Source: Klebsormidium nitens | Lineage: Eukaryota; Plantae; Klebsormidiophyceae | Assembly: GCA_000708835.1 (NCBI GenBank) | Contig: DF237408.1 | Location: 11,333-75,332 of the forward strand | DNA length: 64,000 nucleotides | Reading direction: 5' to 3' | Shown here: positions 12,341-25,457 of the stretch, piece by piece | Layout: each line of letters opens with the position of its first letter | Numbering within the stretch: position 1 is the stretch's first letter | The notes under the pieces: model-generated | Database searches by the model: none | What the model was told of the DNA's origin: nothing | What the model saw: only the letters and a program-made list of their open reading frames with translations | Program-made: the position numbers and the translations under genes

Positions 12341-15300
12341 ATTTCCCTCCTGCCGAGCGGCCAGTGGAAGCATTTACATTCAACGTTTCCAGAATCTCAA
12401 GATTAGGAGGATGGCAAGGCACGAGAAATAACGTCTCACTAGGGGTATCGAAGCAGGGAACTTGGTTTCGAGTTGGGACGCTGGCACAGGTGATTGAAGA
12501 ACATGATGTATAAACTGTTGCGAAGTTGCTTGAGGCTCCGGGGTGTGCAGCAGTCGACATTTCTTTGAAATGAGACGGTTGAGAACGATCGCTGACGGGC
12601 CACCCATAGACATATATGCACTGACAAGTAGACAACATTATGCTCGTGCACGAGTTGGGAGAGAGAATGGAGAGGGGCCAGGGCCAAGAAGGCGAAAGGC
12701 TTCGAATGAATTCCTACTGCCAGGGTAGTTTTCCCACGTCAGTAAAAAATCATGCAAGCGGACCCGGCAAGCATGCGGAATAATAGATCCATCTCTTTAT
12801 CGCGAAGTCGGACCATGCGCATGTATGAGTTACAAAGTTGTCGTTAGCAAGCAGCGCATGTACGCTGATTCGACGCGCTGTGACAGGCCGCGGATTGTGT
12901 GAACACACGGCTGTTTACCGGTGTGATCCAATCATGTTTGATCGATTGAAAGCTGAAAAGGTAAGTGCTTCATACCCCTCAGTTGATTCCAATTTGCGTG
13001 CGGGGCGCGCATGCATGCACTCAGGATGCACTATGTCCCATGATTACTACCAGGCTTCGCCGAACTTGCATGGTATATGTTTCATTGTTGAGGTTCTCCC
13101 AATGATATGGGCCAGCCGACCAACATCAATCATTTGATTATAATCCGGGGAATTTCTTGTATCAGCACCCGATTCGCCGGGGCGGGGACAAAGGCCGGCC
13201 TACACCGTATATAGCTCTCAATCGTTACGTCGGATGGGGCATGCAGGCGCTACTTGAGCAAGGCTTACCCGTAATTGATTTGGCCTCGATCAATGGGGAC
13301 GTTGCTTCTCCACGTATTCACTGAGAAAGACGAAGTATCCTCGAATGACAAAAAATGTGGCGTTCTGACGATTCTGACTAACAAACCCGACTAATTCGTC
13401 GCTTTCTTGAAGCTCTGAAAGCAATGGAACGCCAGCCAATGCTGCGCTCCATGCGTGCTTTACGAAACAAGTTTGAGATTCTGGGCAATTATCTGCTGCT
13501 GGTCGCCAAGAACATTTTCTGAACCTCATGGTTCGTCACGCCAAGTGGCCGGTTTGTAGCATTCACAGTAAGCATGCAAGCCAAGAATTTTAGGTATAAC
13601 ATCAGGACCGACTTCCTCATAACATGCTGTGATCTTGAATCGTTCTTAAATGATCAAAATACAATGCGTTCGATCGAGGACCATCCGAAATTCACGACAC
13701 ACTGTGCTCGCTGGACAGGATAGCGTTGCGAATAAGAAGGGATGTCAAGTATGTCAATTGCGAAGCTGATGGGGTCTAGTAAAAGAGTTAAAAGTAGCGG
13801 AGCCGCAAATTCGGATGATGAGCTAAGAAGTCACAGAACGGCGGCCCGCTTTACAAGCTACTTGAGTGGTAAAGACAAGGACATCGGATCGCGGAGCGCT
13901 TGCGAAGTTCGTTCGTTGCAGAGGATGGATTCATAAATTGCGGTCGAGGCGGATTCAAATGCAGACGATTTAGAATCAGGTGGCAGGATTTGCAGCTTTT
14001 GGTCTATGATCATGAAACCCGTTCACATTGTAGCAGTTGTGCAAACGCTTTCAACGCTTCGCTGGAGTTCACGGGGATCATACACCGTCTATTCTGGCGT
14101 TACTGGCAACTGCAGAACATGGTGTGCATATTGCGCAAGCCGACGAAAACAAGCAGAGCATTCGGCCCACGAAAGGTGGAATGAACACTTGGCCAAACGG
14201 ATCAGCCTCTTCTCGGATGTGGTGGATTGATGTCACGCAGTGCTGCATCGGTTGAACGACTGGAGCTGACGGAGCAAGCGTTCCCTGTAATCTGCGTACA
14301 CTGGTTCACATCCATGCGTACATGCACTTGAACGATAAAGCTTGACGAACAAACCGCCATGCAATCAACGGAATGATATGTCGTTCCGTTCGACCCATTG
14401 GGTGCATGGTGGATCAGGAGTATATAAAAGCAGCTATCTTGGGTGTTGTGCATATCTACAGTGGTATACAATGCCTACGGCTGTAATGAGTTATGGCCAA
14501 CATTACAGGTGAACATTCTGCGACGATGACAACGTCATCACGAAATCTTTAATGACTAGCCTTCATGTTTTTTCCAACCTAAAAAGACTGATTCGTGACT
14601 CAACCACTAGCAAAGCTTGTAGCAAAGCAGCAAAATGACTCAAGGCTTGCTGTAGAGCATACACGCGTCACATCAATGTCAAGACTGAGAACACCAGAGT
14701 CGTCATTATGGCAATGGCGCTGTGGCGCTGCAGCTAGTACTGAGCACTGACGAACTGCGCAGCTCAGTAGGCCAGCCCGGCCGGCGGCCGGTAGGAATTT
14801 AGACTCCCGAAAGCCTTAGTGGCCCGATCGGGGAAAACACAGGTCCCAATGATTGTCCTTGCAATTGTGTACAGGAGTCGGAAGTCGGAATGTAGCAATG
14901 TAGCGACTGCCGTCGATCTGGCGCTCAGGTTTCAATCGCAGGGTTCTGCTCCGTTGACGGGTGTCGTGCCTGCCACAAGGTGACGTACCCCAGCCCTCTC
15001 ACACGACGGGCCAAGTCCCGACATAAAGCCGTACGGGAGGGGACGTTCCGGCACGTACCCGCCAATCTTGGTGACGAAACCGACGGTTCTGGACTGTTGC
15101 GTCAGCATTTCTGCGCTTTTTGCACGAAAAGCTTCCCGGCCGCCCACGCTTTGTAGGGTGCGATGACGTAACCCAACTTACGTAAACCAGCCCTCTCCAG
15201 CTCAGCTGCGGCTTTGCTGCCCTTGGGCCCAGGGCCTATCATGGCGCATTGCGGCTGAAGTACAGCTACCTAGGAGAATGGAAGCCACCTCTTCCGTAGG

Positions 15301-15580
15301 CAGCGGCCCTTTGACTTTCCTTGGCCCCTGAATGTGGCTCCAAAAGGTGCTGGGGCTTCATTATCTAAACTGATTAGCCGTTTGGACCGGCTTGATTAGG
15401 GCTTCCAGGCGCATTCTGGTTGAATCAAAGCAAGCAAGTAGCTTGTGCCTGCAGCACTCAGCCGAAAGCCCATTGGGGGCGTCTTTCAGTGGTGCAGCAA
15501 AGTGTGAGCTCCTGTCGGTTTGCAACCACCTTGCGACGTCCTTGAGGCGTCCTTGCATTGCCGCGTCAGAGTGCACCAGC

Positions 15581-18060
15581 ATGGCTCAGCCAGCAGAGGG
15601 CTACCCGGCTGGCGGGCCAGCTCCTGCTGCAGCAGCTGGGCGGCGGAGCCGAGTCCCAGCTCGATTGATAGTGGGGCCAACCTCGGCAGTGGTCACCGAG
15701 GTGAAAACTCCCAGCTCACCGCAGTTCCTTCTTCTGGGCAGCTTGCATTGCTGGGTTGTGACCGTCGTGGGGAGACCAACATTGGACAACTTGATTCGGA
15801 CTGCTGGTCTGTCACCGGCTGAAGTCTGGTTGAGATGATGGTTGAAATCAAAGTCTAGGCATTGCTGGAAGGTCACTGGAGATTGTGGGTTGTTGAGGCC
15901 TCCAGCGGTGATCAAATCAAGTACAAGCTCATTACAGATATACCCACTGACAGTAGTGCCATTGTCTTGGGCTTCCATTTCCAGCTCCTAACCTTGAGCC
16001 GCAACACTTTCAATTTGGTCCTGCTTGCCGAAGTCCTTTTCATATGCGTTGGATTAGGAGATTGCTGGCATGGACGTCCTTGTGCGCGTCTTCTCCCCTG
16101 TCGTCCATTCTTCTAACGCAAAGCCAAACTCTGTCATTTGTCCCCCTTTGCGGCATTCCAATGGCTGATACCTTAAAGAATCTTTCCTGTTGTTTGATTG
16201 GCAACCTTCCAGTTCAGCTAGACCTTGTTCAACTCTCAGGTGAATGACTGGGCTGATGCCAGCTTGCTGCTCTTCCACGAGCCCATCCGATTGGACCTTC
16301 TGGAGCTGGACCACGTCATGTCCCCCGCCTTCTATGATGGCCTCTCTGGCTGGAAGACGGGCCTCTTCTACAAGTGGTTCAAGGCCTACTTCCACCCCCT
16401 GGTTAGTCTCTTGCCGCTCATGCACAGCTGGGAACTTGGGCCATCGTGCATTTTGATGAGAACGCAGCTTACACTTTTCAAAAGCTTCGGATAGGTGCGT
16501 TGAAGTCGAAGTTGAAGGTCATGGATGCGGTGTTCCTTCACACCTACCTGAAGTCCCGCCTGGCTGAAATGGCCAGCCTTCCTGCCAAACAGCAAGGCAG
16601 CTCCCTAATGGGCCCTTCCTTGAGCCAGAGCATCTGGGCCCAGCTCGGTGATGTTCAACAATCTTACTTTGCCGCAAGGTTGAAGGAGCCTCTTGTGACG
16701 TTGGTGCATGGTGACCCCCATGTTAAGCTATACGCATCTGGGGCAACAGAGTTCTCACTTCTCGTCCTCCAACCAATGCGCTGTCCCTCCCCTTGCAGGT
16801 GTCCCACCAACTTCAGATCTTTGCGACTGTTCTTCTGCCCGCTATCGCCCGCTATCGTGGGCAAGGCCCCCGCTGCCAGGATAAACCAAGAGGATCTTCT
16901 TTCCATGCACCCCTGGATTTCCAACAAGCTGGAGCAGGTTCGCCGCCTGCAGAAGCGGTTCAAAGTTGCTGCCAACCACGTCATCCTGGCACAGTCCTTG
17001 CAAGAGCAGCGGCAGGCGGCGAGCGACCTGCGCGCGTATATCAAGGAGCTTCTGACGTGCATCACGGAGCACCTGGCGCGGGTCGAGATGGCGCTGCTGC
17101 CTGTGATCCGAGAGTACTTCTCAGAGGAGGAGTGGCAACAGGTGAGACCAGCGGCTGCAGTTGTGTTGCTTAGATCTCTAGCTGTAAGCATGGAGGATGC
17201 AGTCAATCACGATGTCAAGAAAGACGGTTTGGCTGTCTGGGCTGCGGTTGTTGTGGCTGTTGTTTCCGGTCTGCTATATTTGAGCATTGATATTGAAACT
17301 CAGCTGACGGAATGTTTTTACCTGCAACTCTATCCGGAAGATCTTTCATTCACCAGGAGGCTTGTTGCGACGTTACCTGACATGTTGCAAGGTCTCGAAT
17401 ACGGTCGTCTCGTGTTGCCCGGTTCAAGTTTTCAATTCAAATCCTTCTGGTTCTGCGCTCAGCTTCTCGACTATGTTTCCTATGCTCGTTTCCCTGTCTG
17501 TCGAAGATTGAATACGTCAAGGGTCATACGTTCAGTCCATCCACAAATCATCCCGCCATAAGGCGGAGCAACGGAGATCTCGATCCGACCAGCTGCTGTA
17601 GCTTTTTGTTGTCCCTCACTCCTTTTCCTGGCCCCGCCCCTTTGCGCTTTTGTTCCTTCTGGGAAATATTCAACAAGAAAAATATTCAATTAACAGTGAG
17701 CTAGGCCAACGTTCTCGTCGTGAGGCTACCTCTTCCGATCTGGTTCATCGGTTTTGAGCAAGCACTTGACTGCTGCTTCGCGTTCTTCTGATCCCGACAT
17801 TGTCTCACGCTCGGATTCTCCATCCTCCAGCTGGCGCTCAAGGTGTTGTTGGGCCCCCCGGGGAAGCGGCTCCGGTCGAAGCAGCTGCCGTGGATGCTGG
17901 CGGCGCTGCGCGTGTGGGCGTCCCCCGACCGGGTGGCCGCCTTCCGAGCGTCTCTGCCCCGCACCACCCGCTTCCGCCTCGAGTACTTCTGGTACTGCTC
18001 CTACGTCAACGGGGCGGCCAAGCGGCTCCGGCTCATTAAGAACGACTACCTCCCATGGTG
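15581..18060 (+). pseudogene. Hemerythrin (HHE cation-binding)-fold protein gene, 4 exons, frameshifted in exon 3 as sequenced
   Basis: Exons 15581-15700, 16240-16401, 16799-17141 and 17831-18060 have phase-0 GT-AG joins. Translation: LLLFHEPIRLDLLELD...YFHPL | VSHQLQIFATVLLPAI[frameshift]VGKAPAARINQEDLLSMH...ITEHLARVEMALLPVIREYFSEEEWQQ | LALK...LPWML...FRASLPRTTRFRLEYFWYCSY...*. The frame is continuous only if one copy of the CCCGCTATCG duplication (16838-16857) is removed. Confidence 0.7.
16838..16857 (+). repeat. Exact 10-bp tandem duplication (CCCGCTATCG)x2 inside a coding exon
   Basis: Read directly: ...cttctg cccgctatcg cccgctatcg tgggcaag... Confidence 0.95.
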
Positions 18061-19619
18061 ACCCACCCACGCGAGAGCGAGCCCGTGGGACAGTTTTTAC
18101 AAGTCTCGCCGGCATTGTAAATACATAGGCACGCAAACGAGCCGCGACTACTAGATCGACGAGCAACGAGAAGCGTCGCCTGTCAGCATATGCACATGTA
18201 GATAAAATGAAGAACAGTGCGTGCTTGAAGCGAGATGAGGGACTGTTGGCTTTGAGAGTCAGCAGCGGCGACCCTATTGTAGACCTCAGGCAGATCCCGC
18301 GGCAACTTGTTTCTGGTGTTTGGCGAATATGAACTTCATGCCGCAGCGCTTCGACCGGTCTGCCCAGCTGAGAGGGGACGTCACGTTGTCAATAGCGAAG
18401 AAGACGTCCAGCATGATAACACGAGACTCGATCGCTGTGTGGTACCCGGCCGATCATGTAAAATTGGCTTGAAAGAAGTAGCTAATGAGTAGTCCACTGT
18501 GAGCTGATCGGTTTCCAAGCGACCATCGAGATTTTGAGAACAATTTGGCAACGATGTATTTTTGTGAACGATTACATACGAGTCCAGCAGATGGCGCGCT
18601 CGTGTGGCCGGCGCGCTGCATCCGCCTTTGACTCTCCAAATTTGCGCAAACGGAACCATAAAAAGCCCTTACCGTACACGGTCCAAAATCAGTGGGTTCG
18701 ACTTCTTTGTACTGGGCCCGCTGGTCGTTTCCAAGAAGGCTCAGGGCAATTGAATCGCACCGTGCCATGCAGGCTCATCTACATTAGGATCCAAGCTGCG
18801 TGACTTTCAACTTCCCAAAATATACCTGTGCGCACGTGCTGGCTGAAAATTAATGCTCGCTAAGTTATAGCTAGTATGCAAATGGGCGCGGCGCGCCCAT
18901 ACCATGTGTGGGCCGCTGCCACCTTCGGACTGAAATGATCATGTACCTGTACTTACAGTTTGTTGATTGATATCTGCTCGATATCAGACCGGAGGCCGAC
19001 AATTCCTAATAAGTGATGTCAGTCAACAGAACTAGCGATTATGAGCGCGTCCGTGAGCTTATATGTAGATTTTAAGTTAAGTGATCGACCACGTTAAAAA
19101 GTACGTATAATCATGCACTCGGGCCATGGCCATGCTGCACACATGATTGAATTGTGGACGGCTACTCGAGTGCAACACCCACGAGGAATTTGTTGCCACC
19201 TCTCTGGTGTTATGAAAGCGAGTGCAGGCTTTGCACATGCCTGTTCAACCGAGAAGGTACCCCAGCTAATATCTTGCATGAGCACATTGCAGCCAGTAGC
19301 TTGAAGCAGGCCCACACAAATGTACGTCAGACGCCACGCATTGACAAACAACGCGCATGAGCTGGGCAGTCGATGGGCCGGCTCAGCGTGTTTCCGATGA
19401 TATCTCTTCCGACTACCTGTACTACTAGTTTTGTCATTAGGATTCTGCGAATCGGATCCGTTTCAATAAAAATTCGCACAGTGCATGACGTTGATAGTAC
19501 GTCTGACAAGATCGGGATGACCGGGCACTACGGCTCTTGGTCAAGGCGTAATGGAGGGGAGCTCTTGGTCGGCCTACACTTCAATGTTCAGCTTTGAGTG
19601 CCGACTATTCCAAAACGTG

Positions 19620-22600
19620 TCACACATCAATGCCGGCCACCTTCAAAGCGTCGCGCACCCAATCTGGGATGTCGCCTTTAGGGAACTGCAGAAACAAGGT
19701 GATGTTATGACGCGTCAGCACCTCATTTCAGTGCGTCTGATCAGTCGTCCGACTCAAGCAGCAGGGAGCAAAAGCGACGGGCAGGGAGCGAACACGAAAT
19801 ACTTCAATAAGATGGAGGCCCTCCTTGCATGCTTTAACGCTCAGCTTTGGGGTCCGCGTCGACCGGATAGGCTCGGTAGTCAAGTATACGCAAACGTGGC
19901 GGATTGCCATAAGGATATTGATGGCCTTTCTAGGACAGACAGGGTCCTAGCGGGTGAATCAGTGGTGAGCCCTAGCCTTTGATCCATTTTCCAGTCTACG
20001 CGGAAACTTCTGGTGCGAGCAAGCGTGCTCAGAACGGGGGTCGAACGGCCGCATGTCAGACGAGCGTGTGACACAGTGGCCGCCTCATGCACTCTGGAGG
20101 ATGCGCAACGAGAGGGCTCGCTACCTGACACTGCAGGAAATCGCGCACATACCTGCGGAGGAGCGACTCGGTCAGCTGCGGGGGAGTGTGACAGTGAAGC
20201 ACTGTGCAATAGACGGGAGCCTCCAAGGATCCGAAGCAAACTGTACTTCACGGTTCTGCTCACTTCCTCCTGCAACTGTAACCCAGTCTAGTTCGGGATT
20301 TCCGGGGCGCATGTGGGGTTGAAATCGAAGAATGCGCAGGGCATCAAATACGAGCACGCCGCACCAGATCACAGCTTTCTCCGATGCACAACGGATCCCA
20401 AGACTGCATTCCCGCCTTGACCCGTGGGTGAGCAGCGCAGGCAGAGGGTTTCTCATTCATTCCGGAGGGGGTTTTGCGGACGTGAGGCCTTACTGTGGGA
20501 AGCGCTGTTGGGTGATGGCGGTGCGGATGTCGCGGGTGAGGCGCATCATGTAGGCCACGTTGTGGTAGCTCACCAGGTACGCACCGATGGGCTCCTTGGT
20601 CACCACCGCGTGCAGGTACGCGCGCGTGTACTTCTGGCACACCTGCGCTCCGGCAAAACACAGGTCAGGACCGCTTTGCCAACGATCTGAGTATATGCGC
20701 GACACTCTCAGGGTGGCCGACCGCCAGGTCGAGTACAAAAAACTCGGGCCACGCATCGCGGTACGCCCCGACCTTGGAGAGACCCTGCATACTTCGTCAG
20801 TCGCATTGAGACGATAAGGAAAGGTCCGACTTTCGACATGGTACATCTCTCAATTATAAACAGTGATCGTCCCGGGCACTATTCACCACGTCAAGATCTT
20901 CCGACGAACTTGAGACCAGCCGCACTTTTACCAGTCTAAAGCTACCGAGGCCTGGCCAGTCTGGGCCTACAAAGTCTCGTTCTGGCACCTTCAACGCAGA
21001 GTGATGGACCGTTATGTTCTAGAAACAAACTTCCAAGAGTAGACGCGTACCATGCAGGCGCAGGTGGGGTCGATGGGCCGCATGTCGTGCTTCATGTCCG
21101 CGAGCTTGAGGCGCAGCGTGCCCTCCGGCACCAGCGCGGTGCCGAAGCGGGCGGTGCGCGTCGGGTACACGCAGTCGTACATGTCCGCGCCCAGCGCGCT
21201 GCACACCACGATGTCCAGCGGGTACCTGCGCGCGCACATGGGGGCGGATCCAAGGGAGGGGGGGGAAAGGGAGAAATCCTCCGCTAACTTCCCATCCAGC
21301 CCAGTTTCGACTGTCTTCAACGCAGAGAGAGGCGAGAGTTCACAGGCGAAGCACACCTTACTTTCAAAACGAGGCTACATATAAGGTACAGAAATGCGGG
21401 AGGAGGTACGTTCAGCTTGCGACTAGACATCAGAGATCGGTCGTCAGAAATCCTTGGATTGAAGAACATCTGATGCTCGATGTTGGATTCTCCACAAGAT
21501 ACGGCAGGAATTGCAGATCCGCTCGGATCGGATCCTCCAGTGCAGGAACGAACGAGAGGTCATCAGCGACAATGGAGGAGGAGGAGCAACTCACCCGACC
21601 CCCTGCACAAAGAACACGAAGACGTGTCAAAACAGAGAACCTCTTTCAGCTCAGGCTGGAGGATCTGCCAGCTTCCCGGAACATCCACAATGCAGCTAGC
21701 GGCACGAGATGATACACGGATTCATTCCTCGAAGGGAGACAACAATCTTTGACACGGAAAAGGTAGCCGTCTTCTCGACAATGGACAAGGCGGCAAACAT
21801 GTCGATGCATAGTCTGCTCACCATGACGTAGCGCGGCTTGTTGTCGGGCAGGGCCGCGGTGCACTGAGCTACGACCCGCCAGAAGGACGCCTTGTCCTCG
21901 CCGCCGGCCAGGCCGCCAATGGCATACCTGCAGGCCAGGAAAGAGCAGACTCGTGAGCAATTCGCATCGATAAACTGGGCATGCGCTCGTCGCGAAAGTG
22001 CCCCTCTCTTTGCTCTGGTGTGACTTTTCTCGACATGTGCAAGTAGATACATGTTGGGCCGTCCAGTAATATGGGGTTTTCGCCAATCCGAATATCTGCG
22101 CAGCCAAGTCCAGACATCCAAGACCAAAGGCAGCAGAGCACGCTTCTTTCACTCATCTCTTGGAAAGCCTCGGACGAATGCACGCTCACCCGGGCAGATC
22201 CTTGTCTCGTTCCATCATCCCTTTTAAGCAAAGGTCCCTGCATATGGCCAAGCATTGTGTTGAGGGTTTGGAAGGCCTGAAACTGCAACCTCAAACTGGA
22301 AGGCCTAAAAGTGCAACGTACACGACCCCGACCTCCAGAAATAGTACCGTTGGAACCGTGCTCACTAGGTCCTCGGAGGACAACAACAAGCAAGATTGAG
22401 AGCAAACGACATAGAGTCTCACCTGAGACGGGGGTCCAAACCCCCCTGAATGATGCCAAACAGGTTCTGCTCGTTTGATCGAGAATGAGCTGCACGTGAG
22501 GAAGGAATCGGGTGAGCCCCTATCCAGGATGGGCAACAACCCCGCTGATACATGTTCTCCATCAACCCCAGACCACTTTACACCTATTTAGTTACTCGAC

Positions 22601-24475
22601 TGAGTATCAGCCACGGGGGTGTGGATGAGACTCATTTCGTGGAGTGCGAGAGCGAGCGTGTCTCGTTCCCTTACCTTCAATGCATCGATCAATCCAGCGC
22701 AGGGTCCGGTGCATTGCTTCCTCGATGCGAGGGCCTGTCACTAAGCTGCTGACCTGAGGAAACAAAAGGAGCAAGTCTTCGATCGATCAGCCCGGCTCAC
22801 AACTAAGGAATGTAGAGCAGAGTTAAACCAGAGCTTCCTTCGTCAGCACAGCAATCACATAGCACTAAAAGCAAACAGCACTTTAGGTTCTCAGGCTGCT
22901 GACCAACAGCAGTCGTGAAGAAGCATACTCACCACGTCATCGAGTGCCATAATGATGTCAGCGCCAATCTCGTTCTGCATCACAAAAAGAAGCACGTCAG
23001 CGCTGCACCTCTACTCAACGACTCAAAGGGCAATTGGCTTGCAGTTTCCGTCTTGAGCATGCACGCGCAAAATTTTAAGGGCGTTCACTTTCGACCAACA
23101 AGCATCAGGTATTTGAGCTCAGCTGAGGTTGGCTGCCAAAACGTGCTGACCTGGATGCGGATGGACTGCTCTGGCGTGAGCAGCATGGGCCGTCCGTCCA
23201 CAGGGGACTGGAACGTGACGCCTTCCTCAGTGATGTCCGCCAGGTGCAGCAGCGACACCTGGACACAGAACTCCAAAATGATGCCAACGGCCAAATAGGC
23301 AGGCTGGACGCCTGGAACCGTAAGCGCTACCAGCCAGTGGTCAAAAGCGTATGTGACGGTCTGTGAAGCTAGCCTGCTGACAAGAGTGGCATCACTGCAC
23401 CACCCTCGCATCACCTTTTGTTGAGAAACGGCAGGCAATTGCCCAGGTTTTGAACTGCGGGCACAGTGAGTGATAATCTGGTGATCTGTACTATTAGCGC
23501 ATTACCTGCTTTTGAAGAGTCTCTGACATGCTCACATATGGGGCTCAAGGCCGCCCGGATAAGCAGAGATGAAAGCCTTCCAATTGGAGCAGTTCGCAGA
23601 ATCCATTTCAAGAGGAATCAGAGCGCCACCTAGCAATAGTCCGTTCAACTGAGAGGAGGGGGCTGACCATTTGGAAGCCCCCACTGTCAGTGAGCATGCC
23701 GCGCTTCCAGTTGATGAAGTGGTGCAGGCCGCCCATGCGGTCAATCAGATCGGAGCCAGGGCGGTTGGCCAGGTGGTACGTGTTGCCCAGGATCACGTGG
23801 CAGTCCAGCTCCGCCAGCTGTTCGCTCGTCAGACCCTTCACACTGCCTGCACCACCGTGCGCCACACCGACCGGTCATGATGGAGTGGAAGCATAGCAAT
23901 CGCCTTCTATCTGTCAGGTCTCAACAAGGGGCCCCCACCAAAGAGGGCGGGACTTTGTCACAGCGGAAAAGTCCTGATGAGCGACATCCAAAGTTTGAGA
24001 TGCTAGGGCTGAGAGGACGAGGATGATGAAACAGCTGCCAAACAATGTTGGCGAACGGAATTCCAACTGTCTCCACCTTCTTGACGCTGAAGCAAGTAAC
24101 CCAACCAGACTCAATTAGGTGGGGAAGTAGCTGGCGGTGTACCTTGCGTGCCAACGGGCATAAACATGGGGGTGGCACACTCATAGTGTGGGAGAGTCAG
24201 CTGTGATGCGCGCGCCCGCCCGGAGCGAGCCAGCACCTGCATACAAAGTGCGATGGGTGGTGGTGCGGCCAGGCAAAGAGAAGCCACCTTGAGACGTGCC
24301 CCTCAACCAATCTTCATGGGCTTCTCTTCAGGATTAATTGACATGCTATTTCTGTGGCCTGCGGATGACAAGGACTCTGCCGGAAAACCATCAATTACAA
24401 ACACGATTGGAGACACAGCACGAAAGCTGTCGCTTGCAAAAGGCAAGGTAGTCTGACCTCAAATTGCAGCGCCAT
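19620..24475 (-). CDS. QTRT1: Queuine tRNA-ribosyltransferase catalytic subunit (eukaryotic tRNA-guanine transglycosylase)
   Basis: Spliced translation: MALQFE | [32 protein letters not shown] | SVKGLT...[13 protein letters not shown]...[22 protein letters not shown] | [22 protein letters not shown]...[10 protein letters not shown] | [15 protein letters not shown]...[14 protein letters not shown] | ...[18 protein letters not shown] | DLCLKGMM...LPG | [12 protein letters not shown]...KPRYVM | [29 protein letters not shown]...CACMV | [10 protein letters not shown]...HNVAYMMRL | YVRDFLQCQ | [35 protein letters not shown] and the CxCxxC...H zinc site are intact. Confidence 0.95.
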
Positions 24476-25457
24476 CGATGCGGCATCGACGTGCTGGCTC
24501 AGCATGCGAAGAAACCCGGCGGACGCCACAGCGGAATGTATTCGACCAATCAGCGTGCACAGGGGCTGCCGTCAACTCCAAAGGGGGGTCAAGAAAAGTA
24601 CCAAAGCCAAGAATAGTCCGCAGAATCAGTAATCAGGGCTCAGCATTAGGGGAACATAGGGCTCTGCAGGGTGCAGTACAATGCTGCCGGCCAAAGTGTC
24701 ACGTTACTGCGTAGGCCTGGATTCTGAAGAGTAATTAGCAGTGTGCTGGGCCCAGTGCGTCCCTTCTTCGTGTGAGCTTGTCCGGGTCAAAACGCTCTAT
24801 GATGAGAGCCTCAGCAAGCGAACTCTCAAACTCATCTTCATGTGCAGAGCGGCGTCATCAAGGGATGCCTGGGATTCAACTGGAGGGCCGCAGCAGGCAA
24901 GCTGAATGCAAAGCTTGCCATGCCTCCCTAAAGGCTTTTCTTGACGGTGCTCTTGTGCTGGTACAAGGTACGTCTTTAGCTATCAAATGGCCCACACACG
25001 TCGAAACACTGAAAGCTAGCACAGAAAGATTGAATCTAAAACCTGACAGTGAAAGCAACATGGGGTGCACTGTGCAGCCTGCGCTAAGATTGTCGCTCAC
25101 CACCATCAAGCGGGCGCGCGCGCGTACTCTTTGCTCAAAGTAGCACTTCTTCTTGGGGGGGCCCAGAAATGGTCTACCCAGTGCCCCCTCGGAATATTGC
25201 CGAAGCAGGGAGGGAGTTCCCGTCTGCCTGCACCTTCTCCTTCTGGCACCTTCCAAGTTCCAGTCAGAAGCTCCGCCCTGAGCGGGGGCCCTGAGAAGGC
25301 GCTTGCTTGTGCAGAGTCCCATCCAGGTGCTGCTATATCTGGCGTCATTTTCGTCGCCTTTTTGCCAATGTAGCCAAGGCCCTCGAGCTGCTCCGCCTGG
25401 ATGTTGGGTGCTCTGCGGTCGGTGCGCTTTGAAAAGGCCTCACGACTTTCAGTATTT

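Noticed and set aside
12400-15400. 3-kb intergenic stretch with a TATATAAAA at 14421 and short ORFs, as a possible transposon relic or hidden gene
   Set aside because: I found no terminal repeats, target duplication or transposase/RT motifs, and no gene lies close downstream of the TATA-like motif.
16446-17561. 371-aa ORF from the track taken as a single-exon gene
   Set aside because: It runs through introns on both sides of hemerythrin exon 3. Only the part from about 16858 to 17141 looks protein-like, and it is bounded by good splice sites.
18882-18900. Perfect 9-bp inverted repeat ATGGGCGCG-G-CGCGCCCAT
   Set aside because: It is short, GC-rich and has a 1-nt loop, with no associated feature, so it is expected by chance.
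20989-21327. 13-bp direct repeat CTTCAACGCAGAG at 20989 and 21315 flanking a QTRT1 exon
   Set aside because: A single 13-mer match at this spacing is plausible by chance in 64 kb, and there are no terminal repeats or other signs of an insertion.
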